IMG/VR virus record: IMGVR_UViG_3300022707_000398
Strand: one strand, 5' to 3'
From: a virus
DNA: 36,118 nt
Shown: one piece after another, positions 1-7,090 of the stretch
How positions within the stretch are numbered: the first letter of the stretch is position 1
Layout: every line of letters begins with the position of its first letter
Made by a program: the position numbers and the translations under genes
Notes under the pieces: generated by a model
Database searches by the model: none
What the model was told of the DNA's origin: nothing
Seen by the model: the letters and a program-made list of their open reading frames with translations, nothing else

Positions 1-12
1 ACTAAACGCCCC
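1..12 (+). promoter_or_regulatory. Early-junction motif copy 'ACTAAACGCCCC' plus GC hairpin GCCC-CACG-GGGC
   Basis: Lies 33 nt upstream of the ATG at 34 and is followed by SD 'GGGAGA'. It is the same copy as 35975-35986 and sits just after the stop of CDS 35751..35972. Confidence 0.6.
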
Positions 13-144
13 ACGGGGCAGGGAGAATATAAAATGGAAATAGATGAAAAAACATTTACGGCTGTAAGAGATAGCCAAAAGATACTAGCTGAATATATTG
101 TGCCAAATAGTGGTATTTCAGACCATAATGTTATTAGTAGGTTA
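1..144. repeat. Terminal direct duplication, copy 1 (identical to 35975..36118)
   Basis: Read by eye: bases 1-144 recur base-for-base at 35975-36118 (offset 35974; ATG at 34 equals ATG at 36008). This is typical of a circular or circularly permuted genome assembled with an overlap. Confidence 0.9.
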
Positions 145-459
145 TTAGGTGTTCTTGATAGCCAAGACCTTGTTAAGCACATGAAAGGACATAAAATAAT
201 AACAGTTTTAAATGTGATTGGCGAGGGCTTCAACACAAAACTTGAATGCCAAGAGGCTGATAAATACGGGTCGGGGATTATATACGTTAATCCGTTTGTC
301 GGGTGTGCTGTAGAAGTACCAGAAGATATTTCTTTTGATGATTATGTTTCGGTCGCAAAAAAAATGATTGGCAAAAAATATTCAATGCCGTTAGATACTC
401 AGATTTTTAGACCTGAATACCTCCCTCAAGAGGGTGAGTTTACTGAGATAAAAGATTAA
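34..459 (+). CDS. Hypothetical early protein (141 aa)
   Basis: ORF track; SD GGGAGA 8-9 nt upstream; first part duplicated at 36008-36118. I recognised no family. Confidence 0.7.
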   Translation: MEIDEKTFTAVRDSQKILAEYIVPNSGISDHNVISRLLGVLDSQDLVKHMKGHKIITVLNVIGEGFNTKLECQEADKYGSGIIYVNPFVGCAVEVPEDISFDDYVSVAKKMIGKKYSMPLDTQIFRPEYLPQEGEFTEIKD

Positions 460-460
460 C

Positions 461-471
461 ACTTAACGCCC
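461..471 (+). promoter_or_regulatory. Early-junction motif copy 'ACTTAACGCCC'
   Basis: Starts 2 nt after the stop at 457-459 and 27 nt before the ATG at 488. The CCC...GGGG pairing overlaps SD 'AAAGGGG'. Confidence 0.6.
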
Positions 472-487
472 ATGAAAGGGGTACACC

Positions 488-742
488 ATGAAAGACGATA
501 ATTTTCCACGAAACAGAACGACACTATCAATGGACAACAACGAAATTAGCAGTGTTGCTTACGGGCCTTGCGGTGAAGAGGGTTGGGTAGTTGGTCAGAT
601 GGGTGTTGTTTCTATTCATGCTTATGATGAATTTGCAGAGCGTAGTATGGTTCCTTGGTTAGCTATTTGTTCCGAAGATAAAGTGCTTGCTAGACTGTCT
701 GCATCTGATTGCATAGTAATGTATAAAAAATCACATACTTAA
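488..742 (+). CDS. Hypothetical early protein (84 aa)
   Basis: ORF track; SD GGGG 7 nt upstream; its stop TAA lies inside the next motif copy. Confidence 0.65.
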   Translation: MKDDNFPRNRTTLSMDNNEISSVAYGPCGEEGWVVGQMGVVSIHAYDEFAERSMVPWLAICSEDKVLARLSASDCIVMYKKSHT

Positions 743-748
743 CGCCCC
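737..748 (+). promoter_or_regulatory. Early-junction motif copy 'ACTTAACGCCCC' plus hairpin GCCC-CACG-GGGC
   Basis: Contains the stop codon of 488..742 and lies 33 nt before the ATG at 770. The hairpin sequence is identical to the copy at 1-20. Confidence 0.6.
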
Positions 749-769
749 ACGGGGCAAAGGATAAATATT

Positions 770-859
770 ATGGATAGAGAAGAACAACCAGACCCAGCAG
801 TGAAATTTCTTATAATAGCAGCACTCGGCTTTTTGGCTGCGTATATGATATTCGCTTAA
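770..859 (+). CDS. Possible 29-aa hydrophobic peptide (MDREEQPDPAVKFLIIAALGFLAAYMIFA)
   Basis: My own translation (below the ORF-track size cutoff); SD AAGGA upstream; flanked on both sides by motif copies like its neighbours. Confidence 0.35.
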   Translation: MDREEQPDPAVKFLIIAALGFLAAYMIFA

Positions 860-865
860 CCGCCC
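855..865 (+). promoter_or_regulatory. Early-junction motif, variant 'CTTAACCGCCC'
   Basis: Contains the stop TAA at 857-859; followed by SD AGGAG and the ATG at 883. Confidence 0.45.
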
Positions 866-882
866 AAGGAGATAGGCTCGAC

Positions 883-1125
883 ATGACACCATTGGAAATA
901 TCAATTTTACTCCACTACTATGCAAGAGGGAATGACTTTGACGGTAAGGAACATAAGCCGCAAACTCAATTTATAAATTTTCTTGTGGGCCAAGGTATAT
1001 TGATTGAAGAATTAGCTAGTAAGCCTATTTATAAAATAACCGATAAAGGTATTATTTACGTTCAAGGCATATTGGAAGCTGCTTCTTCTGTACCTCTGCC
1101 TGTTTGGTTAATACCAAAATCATAA
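883..1125 (+). CDS. Hypothetical early protein (80 aa)
   Basis: ORF track; last gene of the rightward early arm, ahead of the terminator. Confidence 0.6.
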   Translation: MTPLEISILLHYYARGNDFDGKEHKPQTQFINFLVGQGILIEELASKPIYKITDKGIIYVQGILEAASSVPLPVWLIPKS

Positions 1126-1135
1126 CTATACGCCC
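1124..1135 (+). promoter_or_regulatory. Early-junction motif, variant 'ACTATACGCCCC' with no downstream gene
   Basis: Overlaps the stop of 883..1125 and is followed by a terminator rather than a start codon. Confidence 0.4.
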
Positions 1136-1150
1136 CTCTCATTAACCCAC

Positions 1151-1186
1151 AAAAAAGCCCCAACTTTCGAAGGGGCTTTTTCTTTG
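1151..1186. terminator. Bidirectional rho-independent terminator between convergent operons
   Basis: 'AAAAAAGCCCC-aactttcgaa-GGGGCTTTTTC': GC stem flanked by an A-run and a T-run, lying between + gene 883..1125 and - gene 1202..1504. Confidence 0.75.
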
Positions 1187-1201
1187 TCTTGATGATATTG
1201 T

Positions 1202-1504
1202 TTATTCAGATAGACACCACCATGCACCAACACAGATCCAGAAGACCGGCACGATAGCCCATAACAACAACCCTTTTCGGCTTATCGGTTTATATTGGTC
1301 CATCATTTCTTTTTCGTGTTCTTCAATCATCAATTTTCCTTCCGTATATTCAACAAAATATCCCCAACTAACGGCTAGTTCGTCAGCCCAAACCCATTCG
1401 TCGGGTAAAAGGTGTTTCCTTCTTTTTTCATAATTATCAAGGATGAGTGGTTCAAGAAATTCATGGAAAATTACATATCTGAAAAGCTTTCTGAAGATGT
1501 TCAT
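1202..1504 (-). CDS. Hypothetical protein with C-terminal TM segment (100 aa)
   Basis: ORF track; ATGA overlap with the upstream gene; C-terminus LLLWAIVPVFWICVGAWWCL is hydrophobic. Confidence 0.6.
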   Translation of the reverse strand: MNIFRKLFRYVIFHEFLEPLILDNYEKRRKHLLPDEWVWADELAVSWGYFVEYTEGKLMIEEHEKEMMDQYKPISRKGLLLWAIVPVFWICVGAWWCLSE

Positions 1505-1845
1505 GATCCTTCCTCCAATTCAAATTCTCTTACATTGCGAACCAAAGACACCGGCGCAATATTTATAGGTCCGTCAGATCCAAATAGAGAAACATCGGTA
1601 TTCATTTGAAGTGAAGAAAACCTAATTTGATAGGTACAAATTTTATAACAATTACTACGAACAACCATTCCACGATCTCCAGACAGCTTCATTTTAACTA
1701 TCTGTCCATCATAAAAAATTGGTTCAGAATATACCCTAGTCTCAACTTTATATATTGCATAGCTGACAAAACCTATAATTAAAATTATAAATCCCACAGG
1801 CACAATAATAAAAAACCAACTTACAACGTTTCGATTTATCTTCAT
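1501..1845 (-). CDS. Hypothetical protein with N-terminal TM segment (114 aa)
   Basis: ORF track; N-terminus VSWFFIIVPVGFIILIIGFVSYAIY; ATGA overlaps at both ends indicate translational coupling. Confidence 0.6.
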   Translation of the reverse strand: MKINRNVVSWFFIIVPVGFIILIIGFVSYAIYKVETRVYSEPIFYDGQIVKMKLSGDRGMVVRSNCYKICTYQIRFSSLQMNTDVSLFGSDGPINIAPVSLVRNVREFELEEGS

Positions 1846-2021
1846 GATCCTTCCTCTCCAAATAACCAGTTAATAATCTTAATCGTGGTGGTGCTGTCAA
1901 CACCCTTACCACCAACCAGGCGCGTCAACGTACTAGATCCAATGCCGATATCATCTGCAATCTGCTTTTGTTGTTTGTCGCTTGCTGCGATGTGAAATTT
2001 CATAATTTTTGATAGTCTCAT
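1842..2021 (-). CDS. Small HTH DNA-binding protein, Cro/XRE-like (59 aa)
   Basis: My own translation: MRLSKIMKFHIAASDKQQKQIADDIGIGSSTLTRLVGGKGVDSTTTIKIINWLFGEEGS. It has a helix-turn-helix signature (QKQIADDIGIGSSTLTRLVGG), SD AAGGA upstream, and its stop overlaps the ATG at 1845. Confidence 0.6.
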   Translation of the reverse strand: MRLSKIMKFHIAASDKQQKQIADDIGIGSSTLTRLVGGKGVDSTTTIKIINWLFGEEGS

Positions 2022-2101
2022 GATATTTTCCTTGTTAATGGTGGGGAAACGGTGGGGATACTAGGGAAAATCCGCTTCCCCGGCGCAGGGATAAGTCCGC
2101 G

Positions 2102-2413
2102 CTATTGTTTGTGTTCAATGGCAAGAAGGTTATCAATCTTGTCTTGAACCTCTTTTAATTCCATATGATGTTTGGCTTGTAATTTAGATTTTTTATCTTC
2201 TAAACCTTCAATCGCCTTACCTTTAATATCAACCTTCTGAGGTATCTTAAAAGTTACCATCTGCGTTCCTAATAAAATCTGGTTGTCGCCGTACTTAGAT
2301 GCGTCATAGTCGCTATAACCCAGATTTCCTGCGTGATAACCACCAATATCTAAAAGTATAAATATTTCTTTCTTTTCAGTTTTTGGTAGCTTTTCAATAT
2401 TATCTTTACTCAT
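2102..2413 (-). CDS. Hypothetical protein (103 aa; start moved to MSKDNIEK)
   Basis: ORF track frame; the internal ATG at 2413 has SD AAGGA, whereas the longer N-terminus (MFPPRHPPP) runs into a GC-rich hairpin region. Confidence 0.6.
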   Translation of the reverse strand: MSKDNIEKLPKTEKKEIFILLDIGGYHAGNLGYSDYDASKYGDNQILLGTQMVTFKIPQKVDIKGKAIEGLEDKKSKLQAKHHMELKEVQDKIDNLLAIEHKQ

Positions 2414-2504
2414 TTTCTTATCCTTTTTGTTTAAAATTAGTGGCGGTGGATGCCTTGGGGGAAACACCCACCACCGAGACAGCTAGACGGGTTGGGCTAG
2501 CTGC

Positions 2505-3098
2505 CTATTCTATTAGATTGTTATTCTTGAGGTGATAATAAACCCGCGCACAAGCACGGACATCAACAAGGGCATCATGGGCTCCAACAAGTTCTTCATC
2601 AAAGAAATGCTTTATGCACTCTTCAAGCTTTGGAACTTTCGGACCTATGAAACCCGCAGCAATCATCTTTGCTGTTGGTGGGCAGTTCACAATGGCTTTT
2701 GATTTATTCATGGTGCAAAAGTTTGTTGCTGTCATTTCAGGAAATTTAACATCAGGAAGGCGCAATTTTGCAATTTTAATTACACGGTTATCAAAGGTAA
2801 TATTGTGTGCAACTAACTGATCAGCCTTTTTTGCCATACTGATAAACGGCCTTACAGCATCTTCAAGAGGAATACCGACCTTCTTTGCAAACTCTGTTGT
2901 TATGCCGTGAACATCTGAAGCTTCTTTTGGTATCTCGTACCCGTTGGGCTCAATGATAACGGAAAGAGACTGTATTTCATTCCCTTCATCGTCCATTAAA
3001 AGGGCGGCAAGTTGCACAAGATGTGGCTGACATGGATCATGGCTTCTTTTTTTAAACTCAATTAATCCGGTGGTTTCTGTGTCGTAAAATAAATTCAT
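2505..3098 (-). CDS. DnaQ-like 3'-5' exonuclease (DEDDh)
   Basis: Exo I 'FYDTETTGL', Exo II 'VAHNITFDNRV' and Exo III 'HDALVDVRACARVY' motifs in the 197-aa translation. Confidence 0.85.
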   Translation of the reverse strand: MNLFYDTETTGLIEFKKRSHDPCQPHLVQLAALLMDDEGNEIQSLSVIIEPNGYEIPKEASDVHGITTEFAKKVGIPLEDAVRPFISMAKKADQLVAHNITFDNRVIKIAKLRLPDVKFPEMTATNFCTMNKSKAIVNCPPTAKMIAAGFIGPKVPKLEECIKHFFDEELVGAHDALVDVRACARVYYHLKNNNLIE

Positions 3099-3157
3099 AA
3101 TATTGTCCTAGTTTTTTGTGTTTAAATTAATAGGGTGTACCTATTACCCCCGTTAAC

Positions 3158-3805
3158 CTATTCGGGTTTGTAATTATCATCCCCCGGAAAGTCGCTGGTT
3201 TGGTCTGGTTCTGCTTTAGATGCAGAATTAACTTTTGCCGCAATTGCTTTGTAGTCATTCAACTTCTTACGAACAATTGCCGTTTCTTCGGGTGGCAAAC
3301 TATCATAATGCTCTCTTAGTTTATCGGTTCCAAGATTAGCGGCAACAAGCGCCGCGCTTTCAACGCCATCAATGAAGCTTTGATCAATCTGCGTCATCTT
3401 TAGCGGTTTAATCGTGAAAGGCACTCTCTGCGCCCTTGATTTAGTCAAAGGAACTGTAATTTCTTGGTCTATATGCGACATATGACTAATACGAATACCA
3501 CCAACTTTCTTGCCGCCCCACAGAACGTCACCGTCACCGTACAATGTCATTGATTTGCCGACATATTCCTTTGCTGTGTCCCCCCATACATGAACGATAA
3601 GGCGGCGCATGGTCTTACAAGGTCTAAAGGGTTTACCATTATCACCATCGTAATGAATATTCACTGGCTGCTCCTTATTGCTAGAACCTGTAACATTTGT
3701 GATTGTGATTGTTTTTGTGCCGGCTATGAAATCATCATAATTAATTTGATCACTTTTTGGCTCTATCTTCATATCGATACGATTTTGCTGCTGTTGAGTA
3801 TTCAT
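3158..3805 (-). CDS. Hypothetical protein; possible ssDNA-binding or annealing partner of the exonuclease (215 aa)
   Basis: ORF track; overlaps the stop of the YqaJ-like gene upstream. The acidic/aromatic C-terminal tail (SDFPGDDNYKPE) recalls SSB and T7 gp2.5 tails. The function is inferred from position only. Confidence 0.6.
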   Translation of the reverse strand: MNTQQQQNRIDMKIEPKSDQINYDDFIAGTKTITITNVTGSSNKEQPVNIHYDGDNGKPFRPCKTMRRLIVHVWGDTAKEYVGKSMTLYGDGDVLWGGKKVGGIRISHMSHIDQEITVPLTKSRAQRVPFTIKPLKMTQIDQSFIDGVESAALVAANLGTDKLREHYDSLPPEETAIVRKKLNDYKAIAAKVNSASKAEPDQTSDFPGDDNYKPE

Positions 3806-4527
3806 ATCTTAATATCCTCTTCAATTATTCTGCGTTTTGTTAATGTTAAGCGCGGATCATTTTTAACCGCCTCTTGATAAAGCTTCATGTTTTTCTGAAG
3901 GGTTTCTTCAAACACGGTGGCCGCTTCCTTTATTGCATCTTGATATTTTTCAATAGGCTCCACTCTGATAGTGACCATTTGATTACCATTGCAAAAACTT
4001 ATAAAATCACACCATTTGCGCTTTGATACAACGAAGCTTCCTTGAACTTGCATCATATTTTCACTTGGAATAATATCATCCGTTCTTCCGCATATATGAT
4101 CCAAGATTGTTTTAATCTGAAGTTTAGGAACTTTTGATTTTATTTCTACTGAACCCTCATCACCAATTAAAGCATCGGGCGACCACCCAAGCGGAAAACC
4201 TAGTTCCCTATTAATGACAAACCCACAATATTTATATTCAGCATTATATTCTTTTGCATATTGCTGAACCGCATAAACTTCATCATCAAGGCCGCGCTGC
4301 ATATCGTATGAAACATAATTATCCTGTAATGTTTCATCTATGCGCTGCGAAAGAATATCATCATAAAAAGTTCTCATGTTTGCCGCTGCTGAAAGCTTTA
4401 ATGTTTTGAGCGTTATAACGTTCTTTAAGGTGCTGGCAGACAATACACCATGCTTAAGGTGCAGCCATTCAGGGGAACCTTGCACAATGTCGTAATAGTA
4501 TTTAATTTGATCGTTCATTATTTGCAT
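3802..4527 (-). CDS. YqaJ / lambda-exonuclease-like recombination exonuclease (PD-(D/E)XK)
   Basis: N-terminal 'GSPEWLHLKHGVLSASTL' (YqaJ signature) and 'SPDALIGDEGSVEIKSK' (D...E-x-K). The start may instead be the ATG at 4518, which has better SD spacing. Confidence 0.85.
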   Translation of the reverse strand: MQIMNDQIKYYYDIVQGSPEWLHLKHGVLSASTLKNVITLKTLKLSAAANMRTFYDDILSQRIDETLQDNYVSYDMQRGLDDEVYAVQQYAKEYNAEYKYCGFVINRELGFPLGWSPDALIGDEGSVEIKSKVPKLQIKTILDHICGRTDDIIPSENMMQVQGSFVVSKRKWCDFISFCNGNQMVTIRVEPIEKYQDAIKEAATVFEETLQKNMKLYQEAVKNDPRLTLTKRRIIEEDIKI

Positions 4528-4711
4528 CCTTTAAGTCTATGCGGTTAAATTCAAATTTTGGACGCTCATTAGTTATACCAGTGTCCCAACGATCACTACC
4601 TGTAACAAACATCATATCTTCCCATGCTTCTTTGAAGCCCGGCACGAGGTCAATTTTTTCTTCTACGGTTACAATGCCCGTCCATGCTGAGCTATAATAT
4701 GTTTTAGCCAT
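4502..4711 (-). CDS. Hypothetical protein (69 aa)
   Basis: ORF track; its start shares a TAATG junction with the upstream small ORF. Confidence 0.55.
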   Translation of the reverse strand: MAKTYYSSAWTGIVTVEEKIDLVPGFKEAWEDMMFVTGSDRWDTGITNERPKFEFNRIDLKDANNERSN

Positions 4712-4845
4712 TATTTTAAAATCTCCAAAATAAATAAAAATAGAAACAGAAGACCGAAGAGGCAGACAGTCCCAAACAAGTCTTTAACAAAGTCCCAACC
4801 GGAGCCCGTCCAAGCTTCACGGATGATCTTGATTGTTTTCATCAT
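4711..4845 (-). CDS. Possible 44-aa membrane peptide
   Basis: My own translation: MMKTIKIIREAWTGSGWDFVKDLFGTVCLFGLLFLFLFILEILK, with a hydrophobic C-terminus. It fills an otherwise empty gap in the operon. Confidence 0.35.
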   Translation of the reverse strand: MMKTIKIIREAWTGSGWDFVKDLFGTVCLFGLLFLFLFILEILK

Positions 4846-4851
4846 GATTTT

Positions 4852-5013
4852 TCACCTTATCTTAAATACGCAAATAATTAAAAAGCAAGCAAAGACGGCG
4901 CCGCTAATAAATACAATCCCTGCAAAAGTATATCCATTAATAAAGGCATGTATGCATAGATATAAACACATACAAAATAGAAGAAGCAAAACTGTATAAA
5001 AATATAACCTCAT
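4852..5013 (-). CDS. Possible 53-aa two-TM membrane peptide
   Basis: My own translation: MRLYFYTVLLLLFCMCLYLCIHAFINGYTFAGIVFISGAVFACFLIICVFKIR. There is an ATGA overlap with the stop of 5010..5318. Confidence 0.35.
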   Translation of the reverse strand: MRLYFYTVLLLLFCMCLYLCIHAFINGYTFAGIVFISGAVFACFLIICVFKIR

Positions 5014-5318
5014 ATTCTTTCCCCCGCTTTAATGATCTGCACCATGACTTGAAACGTTAAATAACTCGGCTTGCGATATGTGTAACTCTTCTGGTTGAAT
5101 TCCAATTTGGGAAGTTGATATTCTTTTCCCTGTGGACCAATGATTTTCCAAAAGTTCTTTCTTACTTCGCTCGGATCTTCATCGATCATAAGCATGAGAT
5201 AGAAGCCCTTAGAATGATATTCTTCGTGGTAGTCGGCGGCGTAACATTCATTGAGAGCAGCTTCAAGAGCTGTGTTGTCGGCCATCTTGTCCATATTCTG
5301 TGCGCTAAACATATGCAT
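5010..5318 (-). CDS. Hypothetical protein, first gene of the leftward middle operon (102 aa)
   Basis: ORF track; SD AAGGA 8 nt upstream; transcribed divergently from 5468..5677. Confidence 0.6.
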   Translation of the reverse strand: MHMFSAQNMDKMADNTALEAALNECYAADYHEEYHSKGFYLMLMIDEDPSEVRKNFWKIIGPQGKEYQLPKLEFNQKSYTYRKPSYLTFQVMVQIIKAGERI

Positions 5319-5363
5319 GATTTCTTATCCTTTGTTTGTGCAATTTTCCGTTTGCTGAATATG

Positions 5364-5435
5364 AACATAATAAATTATTTAACCGTTGTCAAATAAAATA
5401 TTTAACTTGACTAAAATAAAATATTTAACTATTTT
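5364..5435. promoter_or_regulatory. Divergent promoter/operator region with three phased 17-bp sites
   Basis: Perfect direct repeats 'AAATAAAATATTTAACT' lie at 5391-5407 and 5414-5430, with a 14/17 copy at 5368-5384; starts are 23 bp apart. Rightward promoter: TTGACT (5407-5412), 17 nt, TATTTT (5430-5435). Leftward promoter: TTGACA (5392-5387), 17 nt, TATGTT (5369-5364). Confidence 0.6.
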
Positions 5436-5467
5436 GGAAAAGCGACCAATTAATAGGAATAGTAAAT

Positions 5468-5677
5468 ATGACAGACACCCAAAAAGCATTAATCAAGTTG
5501 AAACAGAGGCTAATAGCGCATCGATTGTCGTTTGCTGACCTTTCTAAACGCTCTGGCGTTACCAATGCGGCAATTTCAAAAGGCATTAATGGTCAAACTA
5601 AAAATATGAAGCCTGAAACTTTAGAATTGCTTGAAACCACAACCGATCTATTGATCAATGAAAAGAAGGAAAGTTAA
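5468..5677 (+). CDS. Small HTH regulator, XRE/Cro-like (69 aa)
   Basis: 'LSFADLSKRSGVTNAAISKGINGQ' is helix-turn-helix-like; it is the first gene rightward of the operator region. Confidence 0.7.
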   Translation: MTDTQKALIKLKQRLIAHRLSFADLSKRSGVTNAAISKGINGQTKNMKPETLELLETTTDLLINEKKES

Positions 5678-5679
5678 TT

Positions 5680-6024
5680 ATGGCTGATAACATGGCTGAT
5701 AAATTAAAAAATAAGAACCCCGACAAGCACGATAACGGCGGTCCTTTGTCAGACGATGACAAAAAGGATTTGATCCGCGAGCTTGACGCAAATCTTACAC
5801 CGCTCGAAAAAATCAAGACCGATGCCAACGATCAAATGAAAGCGTTGCGCCGAGACTTTAAAAAGAAAACAGGCATTGTTCAAAATGAATTCAATGCTAT
5901 GCGTAAATTGGCGTTCATTGAAGACGAAGACGAGCAAAATCAAAAGACAGCGAATATGAAACTTTGCTTTGATGCTCTTTCACCAAACAAGCAACTAAAC
6001 TTCTTTGACGGTGATGATGAGTAA
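5680..6024 (+). CDS. Acidic coiled-coil protein, possibly DUF2312/GapR-like (114 aa)
   Basis: ORF track. The layout 'MKALRRDFKKKTGIVQNEFNAMRKLAFIEDEDEQ' resembles the alphaproteobacterial GapR/DUF2312 family as I remember it. The family call is weak. Confidence 0.6.
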   Translation: MADNMADKLKNKNPDKHDNGGPLSDDDKKDLIRELDANLTPLEKIKTDANDQMKALRRDFKKKTGIVQNEFNAMRKLAFIEDEDEQNQKTANMKLCFDALSPNKQLNFFDGDDE

Positions 6025-6550
6025 TTCATATCTCACATTAGACTTGGCGACCATGAGCGGCTTTTGCTTGTGGAAGCCGGGATCTAAGCCCACAGTCGGC
6101 ATCATGGATTTAAAGACTTGGTACACTGACAATTACCAAAAAGCCCTGTCTGTCCATTACAATCGGATCAATCGGCTTGTTGTTGAAAACGATGTGAATA
6201 TCATTTGTTTCGAAGCGCCATTGATCGTGCGCCGTGGAGCAAAAACAACATCAACTAAGAACGCTCGTAAACTTATTGGCCTTGCAAACATCGTTGAATT
6301 GATATGTGGTCAGTATGGGATTGCTTGTTATGAAGCCGAGGTTTCACAGTGGCGGAAGCATGTTCTAGGTCACGGACAATTAAGCACTGATGTTGCTAAA
6401 GATAAGGCAATGAAGGTTGCTAAGGGATGCGGACTTGATCCAGCCACACATGATGCAGCGGAAGCCTTCTGTATCATGGACTATTGTGCGGACATTCTGC
6501 ACGAAAAGAAGGACTGGAAAGATCCTGTTAATTTTAGATGGAAACTATAA
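6014..6550 (+). CDS. RuvC-like Holliday junction resolvase (phage type)
   Basis: 'LTLDLATMSGF' (Asp), 'CFEAPLI' (Glu) and 'HDAAEAFCIMDY' (Asp-x-x-Glu/Asp) are in RuvC order. The track start at 6005 is a TTG, so I moved it to the ATG at 6014. Confidence 0.6.
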   Translation: MMSNSYLTLDLATMSGFCLWKPGSKPTVGIMDLKTWYTDNYQKALSVHYNRINRLVVENDVNIICFEAPLIVRRGAKTTSTKNARKLIGLANIVELICGQYGIACYEAEVSQWRKHVLGHGQLSTDVAKDKAMKVAKGCGLDPATHDAAEAFCIMDYCADILHEKKDWKDPVNFRWKL

Positions 6551-6557
6551 ATAATAT

Positions 6558-6687
6558 GGAGTGGGTAGCGCAGTATGGTAGCGCGTCCGGTGCACCGAGA
6601 TAATAAGAAAGAAAGTATAATTAACTTACGGAATTATTATCTTACCAGAGAGGAAGGTCGCGGGTTCAAATCCCGCCCCGCTCCCCA
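6558..6687 (+). tRNA. tRNA-like gene with canonical acceptor/D/T arms, encoded CCA, a G-1:C73 pair (His-like) and about 52 extra nt where the anticodon arm should be
   Basis: Acceptor GAGTGGG (6559-6565) pairs with CCCGCTC (6677-6683). TA precedes the D arm GCGC-AGTATGGTA-GCGC. T arm is GCGGG-TTCAAAT-CCCGC, then discriminator C6684 and CCA at 6685-6687. The 74 nt from 6586 to 6659 give no canonical 5-7-5 anticodon arm. Confidence 0.5.
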
Positions 6688-6690
6688 ATA

Positions 6691-6700
6691 ACTTAACTAC
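6691..6700 (+). promoter_or_regulatory. Weak early-junction-like motif 'ACTTAACTAC'
   Basis: Lies 4 nt after the tRNA-like CCA and 25 nt before the ATG at 6716, followed by SD GGAG. It lacks the CG core. Confidence 0.3.
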
Positions 6701-6715
6701 AATGGAGAAATAAAA

Positions 6716-7090
6716 ATGTTTAACTTTTTTAAAAACGAAAAAACAAAAGCTCTTGAAACTCAAGTTAATGAGCTTGAAAGTAAATGCGAAAAACTATCAA
6801 CTGATCGTCTTGGATTGAAGGAAGAAGTTGAAGACCTAAAACTTAAGAAAAAAATGTCAGAAGAAGACATTAAGCATATGGTCAAGATGAAAGAAGAAAA
6901 ACTTGACATTGAACATCAAAAAAAGATGCAAGCTCTTGAGCTTGAAAAATACAAAGCCATTGCTGAAGTAAAAGATGAATACCGAGATAAAATCGAAGTT
7001 CGTCTTGAAAAAGAAGGCGAGACTATAAAAGACATGTATGCTCAAATTCTTGAACGTCTTCCAAATATTTCCGCTAAGTTGAAGTTATAA
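6716..7090 (+). CDS. Coiled-coil protein (124 aa)
   Basis: ORF track; Lys/Glu-rich heptad-like sequence; SD GGAG upstream. Confidence 0.65.
   Translation: MFNFFKNEKTKALETQVNELESKCEKLSTDRLGLKEEVEDLKLKKKMSEEDIKHMVKMKEEKLDIEHQKKMQALELEKYKAIAEVKDEYRDKIEVRLEKEGETIKDMYAQILERLPNISAKLKL

Noticed and set aside
1-30. Resemblance of 'CACTAAA...GGGAGA' to T3/T7-type single-subunit RNA polymerase promoters
   Set aside because: The two halves are separated by about 16 nt, unlike the contiguous T3/T7 consensus. No single-subunit RNAP-sized ORF exists in the genome, and other copies of the motif lack GGGAGA.
6558-6687. tRNA-like elements as attP remnants of integration into host tRNA genes
   Set aside because: attP cores normally duplicate only the 3' part of a tRNA. 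Here both halves are present with intact D and T arms, and I found no active integrase. This is not fully excluded without host sequence.
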